Assembly: GCA_965217775.1 (NCBI GenBank)
Contig: CBDCJH010000002.1
Location: 672,001 to 736,000, forward strand
Length of the DNA: 64,000 bases
Reading direction: 5' to 3'
From: Acidobacteriota bacterium
GTDB lineage: Bacteria; Acidobacteriota; UBA6911; RPQK01; JAJDTT01
A program made the position numbers and the translations under genes. Shown here piece by piece: positions 20,124 through 28,788 of the stretch. The notes under the pieces were generated by a model. That model had not been told where the DNA came from. It worked only from the letters and a program-made list of their open reading frames with translations, and did not search any database. The number at the start of each line of letters is the position of its first letter. Within the stretch, counting starts at the first letter, position 1.

Positions 20124-21398
20124 TCAGTCCTGCCCTCCCAGAAGCCGCGCGGACAGGAACGGAGTCACTCCGGCAATCAGGGCAGCGTGGTCGCCGTCGA
20201 TTGCGGCTTTCAGCACCGTGTCCTCGACGTCGGATCGCACTGCAGAGGGAAGTCGACGGACCATCCCTCCGATATCGGTCTCAAGCCGGCGCAGCAGTTC
20301 CGCATCGGAGCCTGCTCCTTGCAGCGTCCTCAGCAGCTCGCCGACCGCGTCCTCGCGACTCTCCATGGTCTCTTGGGCGATCACCGGTTCGGTCGCAACG
20401 ACGACCTTTTCTACCCAGGCCGTGTCATCCCCCAGGCCCAGGGCGATCGAGCGTGCCTCGGCGAGGAGTTGCTCTTTGTCCGTCAGAAGTCGACCGTGGA
20501 CTTCGGTGCGGCCCCGGAGCACGACGCGGCACGCCAGCAGGCGATCGCCGGCGCTGGTGGCAACGGCACCTTCGACGGCGTCTCCTATGCGATCGACGGC
20601 CTCTCCGAAACTGGTGACGCTCACCAAATCGACCGGTACGACGGTCCAACGCACGACGTCGCAATGCAAGGCGGCAAGATCTACGATTTCGTTGTGATCG
20701 ACCGTGACCAGGTAGGCGCCTTTGGGGCCGGTCTCCCGCACGTGCCGTCCCTGCAAGTTTCCGGGAAATACGACATGAGGCCTTTTGTGGAGCACTTCCG
20801 CCCGGTGAACGTGGCCGAGTGCCCAGTAGTCGTAGCCCTTGTTGATCAGGTCGACGGGAGAACACGGCGCGTAATTCTCGTGCCCGCCCATGCCCCCAAG
20901 TCCGGTATGCAAAACACCGATGTTGAAGGCTCCGCTGACGGGTTCCGGATACTTTAGCGCCAGATTGTCTGTGATGTCTCGTTGCCTGAAGCTCTGTCCG
21001 TGTAGTGCAACGTTCAGGTGCTTGATTTCAAAGGATTGCGGGCTCCGTGATCCAAAGATGTGCACATTTGCCGGATGGGTGAGGCGGCGCGTGATCTGAC
21101 TTCTGGCGTCGTGATTGCCATAGAGCAGATAGACCGGAATTCCGGACTTATGGAGGCGGCCCATCTGGCTGACGAAAAACAGACCCGTCCTGTAGTCGCG
21201 CCAGTCGCCGTCATAGAGGTCGCCGGCGATGATCAGGAAGGAAACCTGCTCCTCGATGGCAAGTCCCACCAGCCGATCCAAAGCTTCACGGGTGGCGGTG
21301 CGTATGGACTCCGCAGACGGTCCCTGATGCTTGGCGAGCCCCTTCAACGGGCTGTCCAGATGAATGTCCGCCGCGTGAAGGAAGCGAAATGAAGTCAC
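20124..21398 (-). CDS. yhaO: YhaO/SbcD/Mre11-like metallophosphoesterase DNA exonuclease
   Basis: ADIHLD, AGDLYD, GNHD, LHT, ALGHVH, PGNLQGR; lies 1 bp upstream of yhaN. Confidence 0.92.
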   Translation of the reverse strand: MTSFRFLHAADIHLDSPLKGLAKHQGPSAESIRTATREALDRLVGLAIEEQVSFLIIAGDLYDGDWRDYRTGLFFVSQMGRLHKSGIPVYLLYGNHDARSQITRRLTHPANVHIFGSRSPQSFEIKHLNVALHGQSFRQRDITDNLALKYPEPVSGAFNIGVLHTGLGGMGGHENYAPCSPVDLINKGYDYWALGHVHRAEVLHKRPHVVFPGNLQGRHVRETGPKGAYLVTVDHNEIVDLAALHCDVVRWTVVPVDLVSVTSFGEAVDRIGDAVEGAVATSAGDRLLACRVVLRGRTEVHGRLLTDKEQLLAEARSIALGLGDDTAWVEKVVVATEPVIAQETMESREDAVGELLRTLQGAGSDAELLRRLETDIGGMVRRLPSAVRSDVEDTVLKAAIDGDHAALIAGVTPFLSARLLGGQD

Positions 21399-21521
21399 TG
21401 AAGAAACGTACCTGTCGGTTCAGGACTAAGGGGCCGGGTCGGCGTTGGAATAGCCGAATACGATCGATTATGACGGGGACAAGCCTCCGTCTGCCTTTTC
21501 CCAATCGTTGGTTTCCGTGAG

Positions 21522-23345
21522 CTACTCCTCAGACATCATTTCATCCCCGGAAGGCATCTCGACCTCCAGAGGAATCACCGGCAGCGTGGTGAAGACTTTC
21601 CTGTCTTCCAGCTCCAAGGCGACGGCTGTGAATTGTTGATCCCCAGGAGGCGCCATGCAGCGAACCGAACCCGTGAAATCCGAGGTATCGGTTTCTTCGA
21701 ATATCTGGTTGATAAATTGGGGCCTCTGACCGTTGGCCGGTAGGTCGACGGGTTGTTCTTCGAGTACTTCTCCACCCATCATCAATCGGCACGTGAGCTC
21801 CATTCGGGACTCGCTCAGATTGCGGAACGCCGCCCCGGTGTTGATCCCGCCAGCCACGCGGCGGGCCGGAAAGATGGCGTCCCGGACCGGCTGGCTGGCC
21901 CCGACGCCGGCCACGCCCGTGCCTTCAAGGTCGAAGCGCAGGACCCCACCGATCGGGCTGTCCGGAGCGTCGGAAACTACTTTGACCGATCCGACGACCA
22001 GATCTCCTAGCCCGTGGGTAGAAATCGTGAGCTCTCCCAGTGGGGGTATTCCATCCTGGACGGTCAGAGCCCCGTAGCTCTTGACTTCCAGGTTGTCCAT
22101 TACATCCACCACCGACGTCGGGTCGACGAGTTGGCCCATCTGGTCGTAGAAGTAGATGGCCGGCCGGACCGCCTTGGAGGCCGCGTTCACCACCACGATA
22201 TCGGAGGTGATGGGACCCCCGTTGGCGAAGTGCGCGAAGTCGAGAGCCACCTGGTTTCCCTTGTAGAAGCCGGAGCCGGCGACTACGGTCGCGCCGGCGT
22301 GGATCGGATAATCGTTCGGTAGTGTGAAGGTTTGGGCATAACCTACCTTGGCGGACCCGAATTCCTCATCCCCGTCGACTCCCGGATCGTCCCAGTAATA
22401 CTCAACATAGCCACTCTTTTCGGGGTCGACGGCAGCATCGATGAGAGCCTTGACGAACATGAATCCATTCCGGTCTTCCAACTCGTACTGGATCTGTTCC
22501 TCCTGGTCCGGACGCGCGCCGTGAAAGAGCACATTGCCGTCGGTCGTCATCAGGAACATGTAGGTGGAGCCGCTTCTCCAGTGTCCCCCTTCGTTCCTGT
22601 AGATGCTCGCCAATACGTCCAGATCGAAGCTCAATGTCGGCAGGGTCCTGATCGCCCAATCACCCGCCCCTTGGACGAAGGCCTTCAGCGTCTCCCGGTC
22701 CCGGACGTCGCTGGCGGACACCTCCGGGAGTTCAGGGCCGTCGTCAGTTCCATCTCCGGTGTCATCCTCCATACTCATCGCGTGGAGGTGCAAGCCGCCC
22801 ACCAGAACGAATGTCTGGCCGGGCGCCAAGGGATGGCCGGAGGTTATGGCGAAGCACTCCCTGGGACCCTCGACCTCGTCCGTCAGCGGGTCGTCCCACG
22901 AGTACTCGACGAATTTTTCCTCTTCCCCCCCTTCCATTCCGGGTTTCAACGCATCGATGATCTCTTTGACGACCATTTTCCCGTTGTCGTCTGCGGATTC
23001 GGACAGGTCCATTTCATCCAGACTCGGGTCCTCCAGACTCGGGTCCTCGCCGTGAAAAAACACGGAGCCGTCCGAATTCAGGATAACGAGGTACATGGAC
23101 TTGTAGTTCCAGTCCCCACCCTCTTCTCTCGCGTCCATCTGGAATTGGACGTAACCAGGCAAAGAGTTGATGGAGAGCACGTGCTCTTTCGCCGAAAGCA
23201 CGAAGGCCTTCAGTGTGTCCCGGTCCACCACCTGGCTGGCGGTGGTCCGATCTTCGTCGTCGGCAACAGCGGAGGGCATTGCACCGAAGAAGCCGGACAA
23301 TGTCAGCATAGTCCCCCAAAGGATCATCGATCTTGAAAAGTTCAT
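21522..23345 (-). CDS. exported protein with two single-Cache (sCache_2-like) domains and an uncharacterised C-terminal module
   Basis: Signal peptide; two repeats of DRxTLKAFV...W...Y.F..FHG...D.NG...VK.LIDA...VEY.WDDP; C-terminal FAHFANG...FTTLPVIP module. Confidence 0.8.
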   Translation of the reverse strand: MNFSRSMILWGTMLTLSGFFGAMPSAVADDEDRTTASQVVDRDTLKAFVLSAKEHVLSINSLPGYVQFQMDAREEGGDWNYKSMYLVILNSDGSVFFHGEDPSLEDPSLDEMDLSESADDNGKMVVKEIIDALKPGMEGGEEEKFVEYSWDDPLTDEVEGPRECFAITSGHPLAPGQTFVLVGGLHLHAMSMEDDTGDGTDDGPELPEVSASDVRDRETLKAFVQGAGDWAIRTLPTLSFDLDVLASIYRNEGGHWRSGSTYMFLMTTDGNVLFHGARPDQEEQIQYELEDRNGFMFVKALIDAAVDPEKSGYVEYYWDDPGVDGDEEFGSAKVGYAQTFTLPNDYPIHAGATVVAGSGFYKGNQVALDFAHFANGGPITSDIVVVNAASKAVRPAIYFYDQMGQLVDPTSVVDVMDNLEVKSYGALTVQDGIPPLGELTISTHGLGDLVVGSVKVVSDAPDSPIGGVLRFDLEGTGVAGVGASQPVRDAIFPARRVAGGINTGAAFRNLSESRMELTCRLMMGGEVLEEQPVDLPANGQRPQFINQIFEETDTSDFTGSVRCMAPPGDQQFTAVALELEDRKVFTTLPVIPLEVEMPSGDEMMSEE

Positions 23346-23409
23346 TTCGTTCACTCCGTTTCGAATGGTGCGGTCCATGGGCTTGACAAGACCTTTATAA
23401 CAACAAAAA

Positions 23410-23434
23410 GTCCGTGGCAAAAGCTGCCACGGAC
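23410..23434. repeat. perfect 10-bp inverted repeat matching the MITE ends
   Basis: GTCCGTGGCA-AAAGC-TGCCACGGAC; the arms match the termini of the 26485-26650 element. Confidence 0.7.
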
Positions 23435-23507
23435 GTCCGTCGAATCAGTGGGTCAGGCTGGCGTCGGCATGGCGTCGAGAGCCGATTCCTCCGACTCCAG
23501 GTAGAAT

Positions 23508-23535
23508 CGGGCAGGCCGACGCCACGGCCTGCCCG
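23508..23535. terminator. GC-rich hairpin, possible terminator of the pseudogene transcript
   Basis: CGGGCAGGCCG-ACGCCA-CGGCCTGCCCG, an 11-bp perfect stem without a strong U-tract. Confidence 0.35.
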
Positions 23536-23561
23536 GACTCAAATGATAGTTCTGCCTTCGT

Positions 23562-24577
23562 TTATTCCTCCGAAGCCATCTCCTCGTGCGAGCTCATGTC
23601 TCCGTCCAGCGGCACCACCGGCAGTGTGGTGAAGATACCGTTCATGATGTCCATCTCCACGGCCACGCCGGTGAACTCCTGCTCTCCCGGCGGCGCCATG
23701 CAACGGACCGACCCGGTGAAGTCGGACGTGTCGTGCTCGAACAGCTCGCTGATGAGCATGGCCCCCTGACCGTTGGCCGGCAGAGTGACCGGCTTCATTT
23801 CGATCATCTCGCCACCCATCGTCAGGCTGCAGGTCACCATCAACTCGGACTCGCTCAGGTTGCGGAGGGCCGCTCCCGTGTCAATGCCACCGGCTTGGCG
23901 GCGTACCGGGATTATGGCGTCCCGAAGCGGCTGGCTGGCTCCCACCCCGGCCACGCCGACGCCCGGAAAGTCAAATCTCAGGACTCCTCCGATGGGACTG
24001 TCGAGACCCTCGGTGACGACTTTCACCGAACCGGTCATGAGGTCTACCATACCATTCGTCGAAATGGTGACCTCTCCCAGGGACGGCAATTCCGACAGGA
24101 GGGCCAGAGCGCCGAAGTCCGTGGCATACAGATTCCCCATGACGTTCACCAACGATCCCGGGTCAATGAGCCCGCCGTCATTGTCATAGAAGTAGATGAG
24201 AGGCCGGATCGGCGTCGAAGCCAGGTTCACCAACACCACGTTGGAGCTGAAGGAGTCCCCGTTGCCGAAGTGGGCGAAGTCCAAGGCCATCTGGTTTCCC
24301 TTGTAGAAGCCGGAGCCGAAGATCACGGTCTGGCCCGCGAAGACGGAGGAATCATCAGGAAACGTGTACGATTCGGTGTAGCCGACCTTGGCGGAACCAA
24401 TGTCCTCGTCCCCTTCTACCGAGGGATCATCCCAGTCGTATTCGACGTATACCTTTTCCCGAGGTGGCCGCATCGATGAGGGCTTTCACGAATTTGAATC
24501 CGTTACGGTCCCGGCGCTCGATCTGAATGTGACCTTGCTGGTCCGGTCAAGCCCCGTGAAAGAGGACATACCCCTCA
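23562..24577 (-). pseudogene. truncated paralogue of the Cache/C-terminal-module protein
   Basis: GYVLFHGA*PDQ...DRNGFKFVKALIDAA contains an in-frame TGA and a frameshift near 24455, then continues YVEYDWDDP into an intact C-terminal module. The 5' part is missing. Confidence 0.85.
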
Positions 24578-24628
24578 TGGAATGCGGCTCCGGCACCGGC
24601 GCCGGCACCGAACTCCGTACGGTCCCGT

Positions 24629-26101
24629 TCACGAATCCTTCCTTGCGGACACCGCTTCCGACCCAAATCGCTCGGCGGCCTCCAGCGTCTCCCGGACATC
24701 GTCCCAGGTCGTGGTGTGGTTGACGATGCACATTCTGAGCGAAAAAGTCCCATGCAGGAGCGTCGAGGATATGAACGCCCGGTCTTCCCAGAAGACGCGC
24801 GCCAGCACGGTGCGGTTGATCTCTTTCAGCGAATTCTCGTCGATACCGCCGGCCGCCGGGTTGACCCGGAAGCAGACGATCCCCAGCGAAGCCGGGTTCA
24901 TGACCTCCAGAACCGGGCTCGCTTCGATGTATTCCTCGGCCCGAGCGGCCAACTCCATTCCCTTTGAAACGGCCTGGCGAAAGGCGTCCATGCCGAAGAT
25001 CCGGACCGAGACCCAGATCTTCAAGGCCCGGACCGACCGGCTCAATTGCAGGCCGCGGTCCGAGAAATTGGGGTGTTTCGCGCCCCAGATCGTGTCCTGC
25101 AGCATGTCGTGGGGGATCCGGAACGCGGTGTCGAGCGTCGTGGCATCCTTTACCAGGAGACAGCCCGCCTCGTAGGGTTGGAAGAACCATTTGTGCGCGT
25201 CCAGTCCGATGGAGTCGGCTCGCTCCATTCCGCGCAAAAGCTCTCTACCCCTTTCCGTGATCACCGCGAAACCGCCGTAGGCCGCATCGACGTGGAGCCA
25301 AAGGCCTTCCGCTTCGCAATAGTCCGCCATCTCGACCAGCGGATCGATGGCTCCGGTGCTGCCGGCCCCTGCGTTGGCGCACACCGCGATGGGATTGAAT
25401 CCGGCGGCGCGGTCGGCGTCCACCGCGCGCCGGAGGGCCTCCATGTCCAGCCGGAAGCGGTCATCGCTCGCCACCCTGCGGATGCAGTCAGACCGGATGC
25501 CGATGATCCTGGCCGCCCGGACCTGCGCGCTGTGACTCTGGTCGCCCATGTAGACCGTGGCGCGGCCGGGGTTGCCCGCGGCTTCTCGCGCCGCGACGAA
25601 GGCGTCCAGGCTGGCCGCAGAACCCCCGCTGGTCAGGAGCCCTCCCGCACTCTCGGGATAACCGACCCAGCGCCGGAACCACTCCAGGACCACCAGCTCG
25701 AGCTGGCTGGGACCGCTCGAGGTCAGCCAGGTGCATTGATTGACGTGATAACCGGCGGCCATGAAGTCGGCCACAACGCCGGGCCAGGTGGGCGACGACG
25801 GGATGAACCCGAAGAAACGAGGGTGATCGATACGCGCCGCCACCGGCAGGATGTCCCGGGCGGCCCGTTCAATGACCTGCAGTGCGGGCAGACCGGACTC
25901 GGGGGGATCTTCCAGGAGCTGATCGGCCAACTCCTGCCGGAACTCGCCGTCCCAGGCACCTTCTTCCGCCAGGGACTCGATTCGCTCCACGATGAGCTCC
26001 GCCGCCCGGCGGGCCAGGTCGAGCATGGCTCCGGGGGCCATCCGGAGTCCGTTCTGTTCAGTATCGAAATCTCCCGCAAAGGATTTCTTGTCGCTTTGCA
26101 T
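24629..26101 (-). CDS. group II pyridoxal-phosphate-dependent decarboxylase (AADC/DDC family)
   Basis: HPRFFGFIP, TSGGS, DQSHS, LHVDAAYGG, DAHKW (PLP lysine), LQLSR. Confidence 0.92.
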   Translation of the reverse strand: MQSDKKSFAGDFDTEQNGLRMAPGAMLDLARRAAELIVERIESLAEEGAWDGEFRQELADQLLEDPPESGLPALQVIERAARDILPVAARIDHPRFFGFIPSSPTWPGVVADFMAAGYHVNQCTWLTSSGPSQLELVVLEWFRRWVGYPESAGGLLTSGGSAASLDAFVAAREAAGNPGRATVYMGDQSHSAQVRAARIIGIRSDCIRRVASDDRFRLDMEALRRAVDADRAAGFNPIAVCANAGAGSTGAIDPLVEMADYCEAEGLWLHVDAAYGGFAVITERGRELLRGMERADSIGLDAHKWFFQPYEAGCLLVKDATTLDTAFRIPHDMLQDTIWGAKHPNFSDRGLQLSRSVRALKIWVSVRIFGMDAFRQAVSKGMELAARAEEYIEASPVLEVMNPASLGIVCFRVNPAAGGIDENSLKEINRTVLARVFWEDRAFISSTLLHGTFSLRMCIVNHTTTWDDVRETLEAAERFGSEAVSARKDS

Positions 26102-26484
26102 CGAATTTTATTACCTTTTCAGCATTTCTTCGATTCGGGCCACAACAATCCAACCAAGGGTGTATCAATGGACGTATTTTCCGGAACCGGCATTGCGAGA
26201 TATGGGAACTGGAGAGAAGGTGCCGCAACCCGTTGAATCGTTCCGATTGGTAAAGTTCTTACGAGTGAACGCTCTTGATTGCCCGAACCGAAAGACACGA
26301 ATACGCGAAATCAGGGTCATACTCCCCAATGGAGTGGTGTAGACAATCGGGGGTATGCATGGGCCCGAAAGTCCCCCTTTCAGTTCCAGTCCTGCGCCCA
26401 GTTATCTCGCGGATTCGATTGGACTCGGAGACACCTCTGGGTCTCCGGACGACTCCGCAATCTGTCCCCGGACCCTCAGTCGCT

Positions 26485-26650
26485 TTAACAGCCCGTGGCA
26501 AAAGTCGTCACGGCATTCGACCGTCCCTGCATCCCGGCGGACTGCGTTGCGACTCGGTCACATACTCCCGGTATGCTCCCTCATCGCGCCTTGTCCGGCG
26601 GGCGCAGGAACGGTCTCGGTGCTCGCGCGACTTTCACCACGGACTGTTAA
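26485..26650. mobile_element. MITE-like non-autonomous element (~166 bp)
   Basis: Imperfect terminal inverted repeats TTAACAGCCCGTGGCAAAAGTCG ... CGACTTTCACCACGGACTGTTAA, internal dyads, no credible ORF. Confidence 0.78.
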
Positions 26651-26730
26651 GTTAGAGTTCCGTTCCGTTGTTTCGGCCGATTTTTCGGGCCCATTGGCCC
26701 CGGGGTCAACCGGCCCGATGAGCCCAAACC

Positions 26731-27393
26731 CTACTCGGAGGGCTGATCGACGAAACGGATGTAGGGCTTGGGGGAATCCCAACCCTGAGGGTACTTTTCA
26801 CGGGCGGCGGCGTCCGAGACCGCAGGCAAGATGATGACCTTGTCCCCCTCGTTCCAATTCACGGGAGTGGCCACCTTGTGCTTGGCGGTCAACTGAACCG
26901 AGTCCAGCACCCGCAGCACCTCGTCGAAGTTGCGGCCCGTGCTCATGGGGTAGGTGATGGTCAGCTTGATCAGCTTGTCCGGTCCGATGACGAACACGGA
27001 TCGGACCGTGGCGTTGTCCATGGGGGTTCGGCCCTCGGACGTATTCCCGGCGTTCGCCGCCAGCATGCCGTAGTGCTTGGCGACGGCCAGCTCGGTGTCG
27101 GCGATGATGGGGTAGTTGGGGGCATGGCCGGTGGCGTCCCGGATGTCCTGCGCCCAGGCCCGGTGACTGTCCGCAGGGTCCACGCTCAACCCGATGATCT
27201 TGCAGTTGCGCTTGTCGAACTCCGGTTTGAGGCTGGCCATGTATCCCAATTCCGTGGTGCAGACCGGCGTGAAGTCCTTGGGGTGGGAAAAGAGAATCGC
27301 CCAGCCGTCGCCGATCCACTCATGGAAGTTGATGGGCCCCTGGCTGGTATCGGCCGTAAAATCAGGTGCGGTGTCTCCGACGGTAAGGGACAT
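26731..27393 (-). CDS. 1-Cys peroxiredoxin (Prx6 family)
   Basis: FSHPKDFTPVCTTE, GRNFDEVLR, ATPVNW. Confidence 0.95.
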   Translation of the reverse strand: MSLTVGDTAPDFTADTSQGPINFHEWIGDGWAILFSHPKDFTPVCTTELGYMASLKPEFDKRNCKIIGLSVDPADSHRAWAQDIRDATGHAPNYPIIADTELAVAKHYGMLAANAGNTSEGRTPMDNATVRSVFVIGPDKLIKLTITYPMSTGRNFDEVLRVLDSVQLTAKHKVATPVNWNEGDKVIILPAVSDAAAREKYPQGWDSPKPYIRFVDQPSE

Positions 27394-27493
27394 TGGATTC
27401 CTCCTAATGGACTGTAGGCAAACGAAATGACCGCCTCCAAGAATGGCCCAAAGCGGCCGCAAGTTCAACCGCGGGGGCGAGGAGCGGCGGCCG

Positions 27494-27557
27494 GGAGCGG
27501 CGACTTTCTTGTCGCCGATTCCGGGGGAGAAATGGGAGACTACAAGTCCCCCCTCCT
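27494..27557. repeat. pair of REP-like palindromes in inverted orientation
   Basis: GGAGCGGCGACTTTCTTGTCGCCGATT ... AATGGGAGACTACAAGTCCCCCCTCCT. Confidence 0.75.
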
Positions 27558-27572
27558 GATGATCCGGCGGGA

Positions 27573-28598
27573 TCACTGCGGCGAAACGGGAAGTTGCACC
27601 ACGCGGCCCGTGCGGGACGATGCGTAGACAGCTTCAACGATCTGCTGGGCTCGGATGCCGTCTTCTATCGTGATAGAGGGCGCTCTGCCCTCGGCGAGTG
27701 CGGCGGCGAACTCCTCCAGGACCAGGGCATGGGTGCTCTGGTCGAATTCGTACGACGTTTCACCCTCTTTGGTGGCCACCACCAGCCGCCCTCTGGAGAA
27801 CTTGTCGTGCAGGGGAGAGGAGAGGATCACGCCGTCGGTGCCCAGGACCTCGACGTACGAGTTCCGATGCTCGTCCGGGTCCCCCGTGCTCCAGTGGGCC
27901 GTGGCCACGCCTTGGGCGCCGTTGGCGAACTTCAGGATGGCGCTGGCCGTGTCCTCGACGGCATAGCTCTCCACCAGCGTGTCCACGAAGGCGGCGACGG
28001 CTACGATCTCTCCCACCAGGAACCGCATGAGGTCGACGCCGTGGGTTCCCAGATCGGTGAAGGGTCCTCCGCCGGCCCGTGCCGGATCGTGCTGCCAGAT
28101 TTCCTGACCCGAGGGATAACGCCCGGAGAAGTTCCAGCGGACGGCGGTCACGCGGCCGATGCCGCCCCCCTGAATGATCTCCCTGATCTTGCTGTGCCGG
28201 GCGCTGAAGCGCTGGTAGTAGCAGGTCATGAAGGTGACCCCGGCATCGCGGCAGGCTTGCCGCATGGCCTCTCCCTCGGCGACGCTCAGGGCCAAGGGCT
28301 TTTCGCAGAGCACGTGTTTCCCCTGAGCGGCCGCCGCCAGGGTGTTGGGGCAGTGTTGATCCACGGGGGTCGAGACGTAGACGGCCTCCACCTCCGGGTC
28401 CCGGACCAGCGCCTCCACGTTGTCGTAGGCGCGCCGGGCCCCGTGCTCGTGGGCGAACTCTTCGGCGCCGGCTTGCGTGGTCCGCATCACGGCCACCAGC
28501 TCGCTGCATTCGGTGGCGCGCATGGCCGGCGCCATCACCCGGTGGGAGATGTCTCCGGCACCGATGATGCCCCATCTTACAGGCGGTTTCTGCTGCAT
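27573..28598 (-). CDS. Gfo/Idh/MocA family oxidoreductase
   Basis: WGIIGAGDI, HVLCEKP, DLGTH. Confidence 0.92.
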   Translation of the reverse strand: MQQKPPVRWGIIGAGDISHRVMAPAMRATECSELVAVMRTTQAGAEEFAHEHGARRAYDNVEALVRDPEVEAVYVSTPVDQHCPNTLAAAAQGKHVLCEKPLALSVAEGEAMRQACRDAGVTFMTCYYQRFSARHSKIREIIQGGGIGRVTAVRWNFSGRYPSGQEIWQHDPARAGGGPFTDLGTHGVDLMRFLVGEIVAVAAFVDTLVESYAVEDTASAILKFANGAQGVATAHWSTGDPDEHRNSYVEVLGTDGVILSSPLHDKFSRGRLVVATKEGETSYEFDQSTHALVLEEFAAALAEGRAPSITIEDGIRAQQIVEAVYASSRTGRVVQLPVSPQ

Positions 28599-28623
28599 GG
28601 ATCGTACTCCAAATTGACTACGC

Positions 28624-28740
28624 CATATTGACATATTGATTTATATATAATCGCATATAAATATATCAAAATATCATGACGTTTAATATTATATGCGTAT
28701 ATAAATTAATGCATAATTAAATACGTTAAATATTAATAGA
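28624..28740. promoter_or_regulatory. extremely AT-rich intergenic tract with dyads
   Basis: About 16% GC over 28631-28740 (manual count 18/110); CATATTGA twice; inverted pair CGCATATAA (28652) / TTATATGCG (28689). Confidence 0.5.
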
Positions 28741-28788
28741 TCGATAGAGATTCTCTTCCGTTCTCGTATTTCCAGTCACGAATCGTAA

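Noticed and set aside
26260-26480. Possible riboswitch upstream of the decarboxylase
   Set aside because: Short hairpins exist (CGGAGAC...GTCTCCG), but I could not match any known aptamer consensus.
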